NCBI GenBank assembly: GCA_963849325.1
Contig: CAWKHF010000003.1
Span: forward strand, 1-64,000
Length of the DNA: 64,000 nt
Direction: 5' to 3'
Source: an uncultured Planctomycetota bacterium
GTDB taxonomy: Bacteria; Planctomycetota; Planctomycetia; Gemmatales; Gemmataceae
Below are positions 36,130 to 46,697 of the stretch, piece after piece. Positions within the stretch are counted from its first letter, which is position 1; the number at the start of each line of letters is the position of its first letter. A program made the position numbers and the translations under genes. The notes under the pieces are model-generated. The model worked only from the letters and a program-made list of their open reading frames with translations. It was not told the origin of the DNA and searched no databases.

Positions 36130-39100
36130 TCATTGCCCACTGTTCTCCAGCTGGCTCGCAATAGTCAGGCCTGAGAGGATGGCTTCCAGCCCCAAAGGGC
36201 CTGTAAGCGGATAAAGAGAACCAATCGCCCCGAGCAACTCGGGGACCGTCCCCGGAATCGACTCGTGCAAGAAGAACTGAGAGAACAAGTTCAGCTCCAG
36301 CAGCGCGGTGGGGTTGTTTTGTAACACCAGCGCGGCCGCGTCGAGCACAAGTTCCAGGTCCGCCACCTGGGGTGGAAGCGACGGTGAGGCGGGCGGCGGC
36401 GGCGCGACGTTGAGGTTGCCAAGGGCAGAACTGCCGTTGAAGTGGCCGCTGCCGTCCGAATAGGTCTCGATCAACGAGTAGTTGCCCGGTGACAGATTGG
36501 CTGGGAACGAGACCGGCACGACCGCGGCTCCGCCCGACACGCTTGCCGAGCCGACGACGGTGCTCGTTCCGCCATTCACTAAGCTGATGGTCACGGTGCC
36601 GCCGTTGACCGTACCGGCAGGGCTGTTGACCAGGACGGGGACGGTCGTCGCTCCGCCGCTGCCGTCGATGACGGCGTTGCCCGGAATAATGCTGGTCGGT
36701 CCCGTGGGCACGGCGTTCACGGTCAACATGCCGAAGGCGCTGGTGCCGGAGAATGGCCCGCCCGCCGGGTCGGAATAGCTCTCGACCAACTGGTAGGTAG
36801 CGGCCGGAAGGGCCGCGATGTCGCTGAGGATTGCGGGGTCCGACACCGTTACGTTGGCGACGCCGCCCGAGACGTTTACGGGCGTCGTCGTCAGGTTGAT
36901 GGTGGTGCCGGATACCAGGCTGACCGTTACGGCACCCGTGTTGACCGTGCCGGCGGGGCTGTTGACTCCCACCGCGATCGTAAAGGGCGAGTTGCTGCCG
37001 ACCGTGATGCTGACACTGCCGGGCACGACTGTGGTGGCCTCGGCCGTTACTGTCAGCGTGCCAAACGCGCTACTGCTGGGGAAGGAAGAGCCGGCCGAAC
37101 CGGTATAGGTCTCGTCCAGCTGGTATGCGCCGGTTGGCAGGGCCGCGATCGCCGCGAGGGCTGCGGGGTCCGATACACTCACGTTGGCCATGCCCCCTGC
37201 TACGCTGACGGGTGACGGCGTCAGATCCACGGTGGTGTTGCCGGCGATCAGGCTGATGGTCACGCTGCCGCCGTTGACCGTCCCGTTGGGGCTGTTGACC
37301 GCCACCGCGACGGTGAAGGGCGAGTTGCTGCCGAGGTTGACGCTGGCATTCCCCGCCACCACGGTGGTCGAGGTGGAAACCACCGTCAGCGTGCCCGAGG
37401 CGCTGCTGCCGATGAACGGGGGACTGCCGGAGTAGGTCTCGACCAATTGGTAGGTTCCCAGCAACAGGTTGGCCGGCAACGCGCCGGCCGCCACCGACAC
37501 CGTTGCCGTGCCGCCCGACACCGTCCCGGTGCCTAGCGCCGTGGTGGTGTTGCCCGAGACCAGGCTGACCGACACGCTGCCGCTGTTGACCGTGCCCTGG
37601 GGGCTGTTGACTCCCACCGAAATGGTGAAGGGGGATTGGCTGTTGAGGTTGACGCTGGCATTGCCCGGGACAACGGTCGTCGCTGCCGAGGATACCGTCA
37701 GCGTGCCGTCGGCGATGGCGTTGCCGAACGGCCCTCCCGCGACGCCGGTGTAGCTCTCGATCAACTGGTAAGTGCCGGCTTGCAAACCCGTGATCGCCGC
37801 AAGGGCCGCCGAGGATGTTACCGTCACGTTGGCCACGCCGCCGGACACGGCGACGGGGGTCGGCGTCAGGTTAATGGTCGATCCGCCGGCGATCAGGCTG
37901 ATGGTCACGCTGCCGCCGTTGACCGTCCCGTTGGGGCTGTTGACCGTCACCGGGATGGTGAAGAGGGAGTTGCTGCCGAGGTTGACGCCGGCATTCCCCG
38001 CTACCACCGTGGTCGTCGTGGAAACCACTGTCAGCGCGCCCGAGGCGCTGGTGGAACCGAATTGTCCTCCCGCAATGTCGTTGTAGGTTTCGACGAGCTG
38101 GTAGGTGCCCGGCTGCAGGTTGGCCGGCAGGACGCCGGCCGCCACCGACAGGGTGGCCGTGCCGCCGGCGCTCATGCTCGCCGTGCCCAGCGCCGTGGTG
38201 GTGTTGCCCGAGACCAACGCGAAGGACACGCTACCAGTGCTGACCGTGCCGGCCGGACTGTTGACGGCCGCCACCAGCTGGAAGGCCGGCGACGGGGAGC
38301 CGCCGTAGTAGTTGACGCTGCCGTTGCCGGCGACGACCGAGGTGGAGGCGCTGCTGTTGACCGTCAGCGTACCCAGGGCGCCGCTGCCGGCGAACGGCGG
38401 GCTGCCGGAGTAGGTCTCCACCAGTTGGTAGGTGCTCGGCTGCAGGTTGGCCGGCAGCGTCCCGGCCGCCACCGACACCGTCGCCGTGCCGCCGGTCACC
38501 GACGCCGTGCCCAGCGCCGTGGTCGTGTTGTTCGCCACCAGGCTGACGGAGACCGTGCCGCCGCTGACCGTGCCCAGGGGACTGTTGACGGCCACGGCGA
38601 TCGAAAACGCCGGCGACGGTGTGCTGCCGTAGTGATTGACACCGGCATTGCCGGCGACGACGGTGCTCCCCGAACTGGTTATCGTCAGCGTACCCTGGGC
38701 GGTGCTGCCGGCGAACGGGGAATTGCCGGAGTAGGTTTCGACGAACTGGTAGGTGCCCGGCTGCAGGTTGGCCGGCAAAGTCCCGGCCGCCACCGACACC
38801 GTTGCGGTTCCTCCCGAGACCGTCGCGGTGCCCAGCGACGTGGTGGTGTTGTTCGCCACCAGACTGAGGGAGACGCTGCCGCCGCCGACCGTGCCGTCGG
38901 GGCTGTTGACACCGACTACTACCTGGAACGCCGGCGACGTGGCACTCCCGTAGAAGTTGAGGCTGGCGTTCCCAGCGGCAACCGTGGTCGCGGAGCTGAT
39001 TACCGTCAGCGTGCCCTGGGCGGAGGCACTGCCGAATTGTCCTCCCGCAATGTCGTTGTAGGTTTCGACGAGTTGGTAGGTGCCCGGCTGGAGGTTGGCC

Positions 39101-42100
39101 GGCAGGGCGCCGGCCGCCACCGACAGGGTGGCCGTGCCGCCGGCGCTCATGCTCGCCGTGCCCAGCGCCGTGGTGGTGTTGCCCGAGACCAGCGCGAAGG
39201 ACACGCCGCCGGTGGCGACGGTGCCCGACGGGCTGTTGACGGCCGCCACCAGCTGGAAGGCCGGCGACGGGGAGCCGCCGTAGTAGTTGACGCTGCCGTT
39301 GCCGGCGACGACCGAGGTGGAGGCGCTGCTGTTGACCGTCAGCGTGCCCAGGGCGCCGCTGCCGGCGAACGGTGGGCTGCCGGAGTAGGTCTCGACGAGC
39401 TGGTAGGTGCCCGGCAGCAGGTTGGCCGGCAGCGTTCCGGCCGCCACCGACACCGTCGCCGTGCCGCCGGTCACCGACGCCGTGCCCAGCGCCGTGGTCG
39501 TGTTGTTCGCCACCAGGCTGACGGAGACCGTGCCGCCGCTGACCGTGCCCTGGGGGCTGTTGACCCTCACCGCGACCTGGAAGGCCGGCGATGTGGCGCT
39601 GCCGTAAAAGGCAAGGCTGGCGTTGCCGGCGGCGACGGTGGTCGCGGAGCTGTTTACCGTCAGCGTGCCCTGGGCGGTGCTGCCGGCGAACGGGCCACCC
39701 GCCGGATCGGTGTAGGTTTCGACCAGCTGGTAGGTTCCCGGCTGGAGGTTGGCGGGCAGGGCACCCGCCGCCACCGACACGGTAGCCGTGCCGCCCGAGA
39801 CCGACGCCGTGCCCAGCGCCGTGGTCGTGTTGCCCGAGACCAGGCTGACCGACACGCTGCCGCCGCTGACCGTGCCGTTGGGGCTGTTGACCCCCACCGC
39901 GACCTGGAAGGACGGAGATGTGGCACTCCCGTAGAAGTTGAGGCTGGCGTTGCCGGCGGCGACCGTGGTCGGGGAAAGGTTTACCGTCAGGGTGCCGGTG
40001 CCGCTGCTGCTGGCGAACGGGGAGTTGCCGGAGTAACTCTCGATCAGCTGGTAGCTGCCCGGCTGCAGGTTGGCGGGCAGAGTACCGGCCGCCACGGTGA
40101 TGCTGGCCGTGCCGCTCGTCACTGTTCCCGTGCCGACTGCCGTGGTGGTGTTGTTCGCCACCAGTTTGACGGACACGGTGCCGCCGTTGACCGTGCCCTC
40201 CGGGCTGTTGACCGGGACGGTGAGAGTGAACGCCGGCGAGGTGGCGCCGTAGAAGTTGAGGCTGGCGTTGCCGCCGACAACCGTGGTCTGGTCGGTGGTG
40301 ACCGTCAGCGTGCCGAAGCCGGTGCTGTCCTGGAAATTGTCGGCGCCGCCGAAGGTCTCCTTCATCTGGTAGGTGCCGACGGGGAGGCTGCCGGGAATGA
40401 GCGTGCTCGTTACCGCTGCGGTGCCGTTGACGACGGAGAAGTTCCCGAGGTTGATGGAGGGTAAGCCGTTGACCAGCACCGTGACCGACACCGAGCCGGT
40501 GCCGTTCACTTCGCCGCCGGAGCTGGAGACGCCCACGTCAAAGGTCACGCCCGCGCTGCCGGCAGGGACCGTGTCGTTGCCGGCAACGATCGAGGTCGTC
40601 GGGGTGGTTTGCGTGGCGCTGACCGTCAGCGTGGCCAGGGCGTTGTTGGAGGCGAAGGAGGCGTTGCCCGAATAGGTCTCGAGGAGTTCGTAATCGCCGG
40701 CTTGCAAATTGGCGGGGAGGGCGCCGGCCGCCACGCTCACCGTGGCGACGCCATTGACGCCTACGTCCGCCGTGCCCAGCGGGGTGGACGTGTTGTTGGC
40801 GACCAGGGTGAGGGAGACGGTCCCGCCGAGGGCCGAGCCGCCAGAGACGGCGTTGACCGCTACAGAGACCTGAAAGGCCGGCGAAGGGTTCGTCCCATAG
40901 AAGGCGACGGAGGCGTTGGCCGGGACGACCGCGGTTGCCATCTGGGTCGAGGAGCCCAACGGCTGGACGGCCCCGAGAGTGATGGAACCGCTCGCGGTCC
41001 CGTTGGTCGTGCGGAGATCGCCGATCTCGTCGGTGGCCGGGGTATGTCCTTCGGCGGCGGCGATGGTTCCCAGGACGCCGGTGGTTCCCGCGTTGATCGA
41101 GACGGCGCCACTCTGGACCGGATAGTAGATGGGTCCGCCGGTGGGGTTGCCGCTGCCGTTGACACCCACGACGCTGCCCAGCTGTGCCGAGCTGTTGTTG
41201 AGGATGTTGGTCGCGCCGCTGACCGTGGTACCCGGGTTGACGGCGGTGATGAAGTTGTGGGTGGCGTTCGTCAAGGGTTCGACGGTATTTCCGTTGCCGG
41301 CGATGCTGGACAGGTCATTCTCGACGTCGGCAGGGGCCTGAGTCACGTTCTGATTGCCCTGGATCAGATTGTTGAGGAGGGTGGGATCGCAATTGGGTCC
41401 GCCGGAAGTGGTGCTTACGATAGCAATGCCGCCGCCATTACCCCCGGGTCCGAAAAAGGTATTCTGCGTGATGGTGTTGTTGTCGAGAGTGACCGTCGTC
41501 CCAGGGTCGTTATCGTAGATACCGCCGCCGCTGGCCAGGACAGAGCCGCCCGGACCCGTTCCACCATAGGCTCTGTTCTTGGCCACGGTGTTGTTGACGA
41601 GCGTCAGGGTGCCGGAATTAAAAAACAATCCCCCGCCGAAAGCATTGCCGCCACCCCCATTCGTTCCCGTCACGCCGGCGGAACTGCCGGTGGGGCCTGC
41701 GCGGCCGCCCGCTGCGCCATCTCCTCCGAGGGCGCTGTTGTGATAGAAGGTTGTGTTGCCGATGTTGCCGGTTACGGGGCCGGTGATGAAGAGTCCTCCG
41801 CCGAAGACGCGTCCGCCGTCGCCGCCGTTCCCGCCGTTGCCGGCGCGGACGGAGGTTGCGGCCCCACCGACGCCACCTGTCCCGCCGTCGCCGCCCTCGG
41901 CCGTGTTGTTAATCAAGGTGGAAGGATCGTCAAGCGGTGCGGCGAGGTCGTTGAGGATCGTCAATGTGCCGGAGCCGTTGACGTACAGACCGCCGCCATC
42001 GGCGGGGCCGCCGTTGCCCCCATCGCCGCCGTTGCCGCCGTTTCCGTTACTGCCGTTCACCCCGTTGCCGCCGGCGCCGCCTTTCGCCGTGTTTCCTGAA

Positions 42101-42939
42101 ATCGTGTCCCCCTCGAACGTCAGCGACCACCCGTTCCCCAGGGCCAGCAACCCGCCGCCGGCCCCCGTGCCGCCCGTTCCGCCGCCGGACCCCGCAGTCG
42201 TTGGAGAGAACCCCACGCCGCCCAGAGCGCTATTGTTGCTCAGGGTGCTGTCGATGATCTGCACCGTGCCGGGACCGGTGACGAATACGCCCCCGCCGAT
42301 TGCGTTTCCTGCGTTGGGCGAAGCGCTGGCTCCATTGAAACCCTGGGCGACATTATCGCTGATCGAGGAGTCCTTGACGGTCAGCGTACCCTGTCCGGAG
42401 AAGAACACGCCGCCCCCGTCGGCATTGTGTGTTTTGTCTCCCGTAACGGTATTGCCCTGGATCGTTACGTGGTTGAGCGAGACGTTGCCGCCCTTGACAT
42501 CGAGAGCACCACCGTCGATGCTCGCGCTGCCGCCCGTGAGCGTCAGGTTGTCCAGTGTCACGTTCTGGCCACTCGTAACAGAGAACAGGCGGTTGCCGTT
42601 GCCGGTCAGCGTCTCGTTGTTGCCGTTCTGCCCCTGGATGGTCAGGGTGGAACCGGAACCCAGGGACGAGATGGTCGCCTGCTGACCCGCCGTGAAGGTG
42701 AAGCTGTTGGTGATGTTGATGACGTAGTCGGTGTTGGCGGCCGTGTCCCCCGCGACCAGGCCGGTGAGCTGGGTGAAGCCGCCGGCCGACTGCGTCACGG
42801 TCGCGTTCGGTGTCACGCGCTCTTCGAGAGATTCCAGGATCGGGCGCACCGGCTTCCGCGTTTGCGCCGCCTGCCGGCGGCGTAGGTTCCGGGAGGTCCG
42901 CAGGCCCAGCAGCTTGTGAATCCAACGAGAACAAAGCAT
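36130..42939 (-). CDS. Giant surface protein: planctomycete export motif, Gly-rich beta-helix, 14 Ig-like repeats, helical C-terminal tail
   Basis: RPILESLEERVTP, GGG-[L/V]-[F/Y] repeats, and repeats of about 110 aa ending YQLVETY...GTLTV. Confidence 0.88.
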   Translation of the reverse strand: MLCSRWIHKLLGLRTSRNLRRRQAAQTRKPVRPILESLEERVTPNATVTQSAGGFTQLTGLVAGDTAANTDYVINITNSFTFTAGQQATISSLGSGSTLTIQGQNGNNETLTGNGNRLFSVTSGQNVTLDNLTLTGGSASIDGGALDVKGGNVSLNHVTIQGNTVTGDKTHNADGGGVFFSGQGTLTVKDSSISDNVAQGFNGASASPNAGNAIGGGVFVTGPGTVQIIDSTLSNNSALGGVGFSPTTAGSGGGTGGTGAGGGLLALGNGWSLTFEGDTISGNTAKGGAGGNGVNGSNGNGGNGGDGGNGGPADGGGLYVNGSGTLTILNDLAAPLDDPSTLINNTAEGGDGGTGGVGGAATSVRAGNGGNGGDGGRVFGGGLFITGPVTGNIGNTTFYHNSALGGDGAAGGRAGPTGSSAGVTGTNGGGGNAFGGGLFFNSGTLTLVNNTVAKNRAYGGTGPGGSVLASGGGIYDNDPGTTVTLDNNTITQNTFFGPGGNGGGIAIVSTTSGGPNCDPTLLNNLIQGNQNVTQAPADVENDLSSIAGNGNTVEPLTNATHNFITAVNPGTTVSGATNILNNSSAQLGSVVGVNGSGNPTGGPIYYPVQSGAVSINAGTTGVLGTIAAAEGHTPATDEIGDLRTTNGTASGSITLGAVQPLGSSTQMATAVVPANASVAFYGTNPSPAFQVSVAVNAVSGGSALGGTVSLTLVANNTSTPLGTADVGVNGVATVSVAAGALPANLQAGDYELLETYSGNASFASNNALATLTVSATQTTPTTSIVAGNDTVPAGSAGVTFDVGVSSSGGEVNGTGSVSVTVLVNGLPSINLGNFSVVNGTAAVTSTLIPGSLPVGTYQMKETFGGADNFQDSTGFGTLTVTTDQTTVVGGNASLNFYGATSPAFTLTVPVNSPEGTVNGGTVSVKLVANNTTTAVGTGTVTSGTASITVAAGTLPANLQPGSYQLIESYSGNSPFASSSGTGTLTVNLSPTTVAAGNASLNFYGSATSPSFQVAVGVNSPNGTVSGGSVSVSLVSGNTTTALGTASVSGGTATVSVAAGALPANLQPGTYQLVETYTDPAGGPFAGSTAQGTLTVNSSATTVAAGNASLAFYGSATSPAFQVAVRVNSPQGTVSGGTVSVSLVANNTTTALGTASVTGGTATVSVAAGTLPANLLPGTYQLVETYSGSPPFAGSGALGTLTVNSSASTSVVAGNGSVNYYGGSPSPAFQLVAAVNSPSGTVATGGVSFALVSGNTTTALGTASMSAGGTATLSVAAGALPANLQPGTYQLVETYNDIAGGQFGSASAQGTLTVISSATTVAAGNASLNFYGSATSPAFQVVVGVNSPDGTVGGGSVSLSLVANNTTTSLGTATVSGGTATVSVAAGTLPANLQPGTYQFVETYSGNSPFAGSTAQGTLTITSSGSTVVAGNAGVNHYGSTPSPAFSIAVAVNSPLGTVSGGTVSVSLVANNTTTALGTASVTGGTATVSVAAGTLPANLQPSTYQLVETYSGSPPFAGSGALGTLTVNSSASTSVVAGNGSVNYYGGSPSPAFQLVAAVNSPAGTVSTGSVSFALVSGNTTTALGTASMSAGGTATLSVAAGVLPANLQPGTYQLVETYNDIAGGQFGSTSASGALTVVSTTTTVVAGNAGVNLGSNSLFTIPVTVNSPNGTVNGGSVTISLIAGGSTINLTPTPVAVSGGVANVTVTSSAALAAITGLQAGTYQLIESYTGVAGGPFGNAIADGTLTVSSAATTVVPGNASVNLNSQSPFTISVGVNSPQGTVNSGSVSVSLVSGNTTTALGTGTVSGGTATVSVAAGALPANLLLGTYQLVETYSGSPPFIGSSASGTLTVVSTSTTVVAGNASVNLGSNSPFTVAVAVNSPNGTVNGGSVTISLIAGNTTVDLTPSPVSVAGGMANVSVSDPAALAAIAALPTGAYQLDETYTGSAGSSFPSSSAFGTLTVTAEATTVVPGSVSITVGSNSPFTIAVGVNSPAGTVNTGAVTVSLVSGTTINLTTTPVNVSGGVANVTVSDPAILSDIAALPAATYQLVESYSDPAGGPFSGTSAFGMLTVNAVPTGPTSIIPGNAVIDGSGGATTVPVLVNSPAGTVNGGTVTISLVNGGTSTVVGSASVSGGAAVVPVSFPANLSPGNYSLIETYSDGSGHFNGSSALGNLNVAPPPPASPSLPPQVADLELVLDAAALVLQNNPTALLELNLFSQFFLHESIPGTVPELLGAIGSLYPLTGPLGLEAILSGLTIASQLENSGQ

Positions 42940-43003
42940 GGTGCCTCTCTCCGTAATAAGAAGACATAATGGGTATCGAGGACCCGCTCTCCTCGCAGGG
43001 GCG

Positions 43004-45237
43004 TTAGCCTCCGAGGTTTTCCGCCTCCCTGTCGTCCAGCCGATCGAACAACGGCCGCAAGGCCTTCTGGTAGTGGCGCCAGCGTCCCACCGCATGGCGG
43101 TAAATCGGCTGCCGCACCTGCGACAGGCTGGCCGTCCGCACCGGCCGCTCGTTGCGATGAAACTCCAGACAGGCCGGCTCCCACTCCAGGCCGAGGAACG
43201 CCACGACGCGACGCGCCACGCTTTCCAGGTCCGCGATCATGTCCTCGTACCGCACGTCCAGCACAGGCACCGGCAGGACCGTTCGCCAGTGCCCCATGAC
43301 CCGGCGATACTGGGCGAAGCGGCCAGCCAGGTGTTCAAAGTCGTTGGCCCAGGAGATGTCGCGGAACTGCGTCAGCCAGCACGAGACGGCCACGTCGCGC
43401 AGGTCGCGGCAACAATGCAGGAAGCGGGCGCGGGGAAAAGCGTTGCCAGGAAGCCGACATACAGATAATTGTCTGGCATTTTGTCGAGGACCCGCTCGGC
43501 GACGGCGTCGAACGCCGCCAGGCGATCGAGATGGCCGCGCCCCAACCGCCGCACCGTTTCGGCGTCGATTGTTCGCAGGAGGTCGAAGGCGCGTGCTTCG
43601 CAGGCGCCGTCGCCTCCTCCTCCGAGCGCCTCGAAACCTTCGCGGGCGAATCGCAGTTCGCCGGCGCCGTGGACGCGAGAATGGCTGGCCAGCACCTGCT
43701 CGAGCAAGGTGGTGCCGGAGCGTGGCAAGCCGACGATGAACACCGGGCGCTCGCTGTCCAGCCCGAAGCCTCGGACACGCTCGAAGAAAGCCGGGGTAAA
43801 CACGGCGAGCAAGCGATCGACGAACGCGGCGTGGGCCGCGGCGTCGTAAGCCCGCCCGGTTCGTTGGCGCCACGAACCCTCGGCCCGGTTGGCCTGCGCC
43901 AGATGGCGGGCGGCCTCGTCATGCTCGCGGCGGGCGTCGCACACCTGGGCCAGGCCGAAGTCCAGGACGGCGCGGTCGGCGTCGGTCAGGTTCGATCCGT
44001 CGAGGAGACGACGAATCGCCCCCTCATCCTCGGCAGGAAGCCGGTCGCGCAGGTGGGTCGCCAGCAAGGCCAGGGCGGTCGCGCAATCGGGATCGGTGCG
44101 GAGAGCGGTACGCAAACGGGCCAGGGCTTCCTCCCGCCGGTTCAACTGCAGCAGCACGTCGGCCAGGCGGCAGTTGATAGCCGGATCGTTCGGACGAGCC
44201 GCGAGCGCCGCGCGATATTCTTTCTCGACGGCGTCGAGCCGGCCCTGTTCGAGGTACACTCGCGCCAGCACGAGACGGGCTTCGACGTTACCTGGCTCCA
44301 GGCGCTGGGCGTTGCGGGCATGCGTTTCCGCCCCCGTCAGGTCGCGCGTTTCCAGCTGTAGGGTGGCGAGACGCAGTTGCAACGAAGCCGAGTCCGGTTG
44401 CAGCTGCACCGCCCGCATGATCCACGGGCGCGCCTCATCCGGTTTGCCTTGCTTGAGCAGGATCTCGCCGAGGTTGTTGTGGGTCGTGGCGAGGTTCGGC
44501 TCCCGACGCAGGGCTTCGAGGTAGCAGGCCCTGGCCTCGTCGAGGCTTCCCAGCCGCCGCAGGACGTTGCCGAGGTTATTGTGCGCCGCCGCCGACCGGG
44601 GATCGAGACGTACCGCTTCCCGGCAGTGGCCCAGCGCTTCCTGAGGCCGATTGCCTTCCAGCAACAATTGTCCGAGGTTGCCGTGGGCCAGCCCCAGACG
44701 GGAATCCAACTCGACGGCGCGTCGAAAGTGGCCGAACGCCTGCTCTGTCTGGTCGAGCATCCGGCAGGCGTTGCCGAGGTTGTTGTGGGCCAGAGGGAAG
44801 TTCGGACGATGGAGCAGGGCTTGCCGGAACAGCGCGGCAGCTTCGGCGGGTCGGCCTTTCTGCAGGAGAATCGAGCCGAGATTGTAGGCAGCGTCCGCGT
44901 TATCTGGGCGTAATCGTAAGGCCAGCTGATGGCACGCGGCCGCCCGGCCGAGATGGCCGAGGGCGCGATACGCCTCGCCGAGGTTGGAGTGAAAGGCGGA
45001 GTCGTTCGGTTCGAGGGCCACGGCGCGTTCCATCCATTGGAGGGCCTGCCGCGGCTGTCCCCGCTGCAAATAGGCCACCCCGAGCAGATGCAACGCGCGA
45101 GCGTCGGAGGGGTCGGCCGAAACGACTTGGTGGTAAAGCGGAACGGCTCGGGCGAGGTCGCCGCGCCGATGATGAGCCAGCGCGTCTACCAGGACGGCCG
45201 ATGAGGGGCCAGGCCTGAGCGTCTTCTCGTCGTCCAC
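43004..45237 (-). CDS. TPR-repeat sulfotransferase; frameshift near 43435
   Basis: Many TPRs (AHNNLG). 5'-PSB motif VGLPRSGTTLLEQ, DKMPDN, 3'-PB motif RDLRDVAVS and TASLSQVRQPIY. Confidence 0.92.
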
Positions 45238-45932
45238 TCGCGTGTCCCGAAGAGACCACAGAGTTCTGGTTCCGAGGTTTCGCCGCGCGCATGAAGGGCG
45301 CGGCCCGATCGGCGCGACGAATGCGAATAAGGGGCAATCAGGCTGCCGCGACCAACGAACGTAGGGTTCGATCGCGCACCGGCCGCATCGCACATAGGTG
45401 GGTGAGCGAATCGGAGATCCTGATTGAAGTAGAGAAATCTCAGGGGTATAGTCTAGATGATTTCGCGGTAACTGTCAACCAGCTTTTCCACAATGGACTT
45501 ATTGTTAATCGTTTCACGAAATCGCGAATGCCCGAGCTTTAGGTTTATTGATAACTTCAACCCGCAACATGGCACCAAGGTGATTAGCTATTAATTAGAT
45601 AATAATAGTAGCTAATACGATAATCATCATTGCGCTCTTGGTGCGCTCCTACTCCATTTAGTTACAATTACTGCCTATAAAGTAGATAATGCGCACGATT
45701 ACGGTGGGACAAAGGCCCTGCGGACGGCCCGAGAATACCAGCCTAATTTCCCCGTCTGCAACGCCTTCCCATGCGTAACGGTCTTCGGTGCGCCTTGTGA
45801 TGCGAGATCGGTTCTGCCAATGCAGGTTGGTCTCATGGGAAGGAGGTAAGTAATGCACCGCCTTACGGGCTGAGCGCCGGCTCTCCCGGATACCTCCACC
45901 CGAAAGAGGTGGGGGAAAAAGCATGGCGGCAT

Positions 45933-46160
45933 AGAGTTCCCCACGAATTCGGAGCGCGGGGTTAAGGATTACACGGCTTGTTTATACTCGACCGTAGGTT
46001 GCGATCCCATAGCCGAGTGCCGCCGCACATGGTTGTAAAACACTTCGATGTACTCAAACACACTGGCTCATGCTTCCGTTCGAGTCTGGTAATCTGCATC
46101 ATGGACCCACTCTTTCTTCCGCGACGCGAAAAAACTTTCCATCGGTGCGTTATCCTAGTA
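45933..46160 (-). mobile_element. IS3-family transposase 3' remnant with a degenerate right end
   Basis: DNAPMESFFAS.KKE...VFEYIEVFYNHVRRHS, with internal stops. Confidence 0.8.
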
Positions 46161-46362
46161 ATCGCCACGGCGGCGTTCTGCTTCCATAGCGTTGCTACGG
46201 CGTGCAGCGGAATTGGACCCGGCGCGTCGCCCCCATACCGGGTGCCGCGGACCCCTCACCGCGTGACAGGTCAACTCCTGTGGCGAGAGCGTTCGGAGTC
46301 TAATCATCCGGACTGGCGGTGGATTGCAGCCTTGGCCCGCTGTCCGACCCGGATCGTGATGA

Positions 46363-46508
46363 GAGTCTGTTCCCGAAGCTCCCCTCTCCCCTGTACTCCG
46401 GGGAGAGGGGTTGGGGGTGAGGGGTGAGAAACCCACGAAAAACCCGCCCTCTCACCCCAACCCCTCTCCCCCGGTACTCCGGGGGAGAGGGGCTTTCGGA
46501 ACAGAATC
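46363..46508. mobile_element. MITE copy 1 (TGA target duplication)
   Basis: TGA|GAGTCTGTTCCCGAAGC...GCTTTCGGAACAGAATC|TGA, with internal CCCCTCTCCC/GGGAGAGGGG hairpins. Confidence 0.85.
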
Positions 46509-46697
46509 TGAGACGGTTTCGACATCATTCCCTCCTTCGGAAAGGATACCCGGTGGGAATTCCGCGACGCATTTCAGCCTTTGAAGCGGTCAACATTAGC
46601 CATCGGCGTACTGCGTCCTGCACATCGTGCAGATAAAGTTTGGCATGATCTCGACCCACCGTGCGGGTGGTTTGCCCGCACGGGCCGGAAACGACCG

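Noticed and set aside
45850-45930. Hairpin CCTCCACC-CGAAAGA-GGTGGGGG, considered as a riboswitch
   Set aside because: It is a single stem with no consensus of c-di-GMP or any other riboswitch class I can identify.
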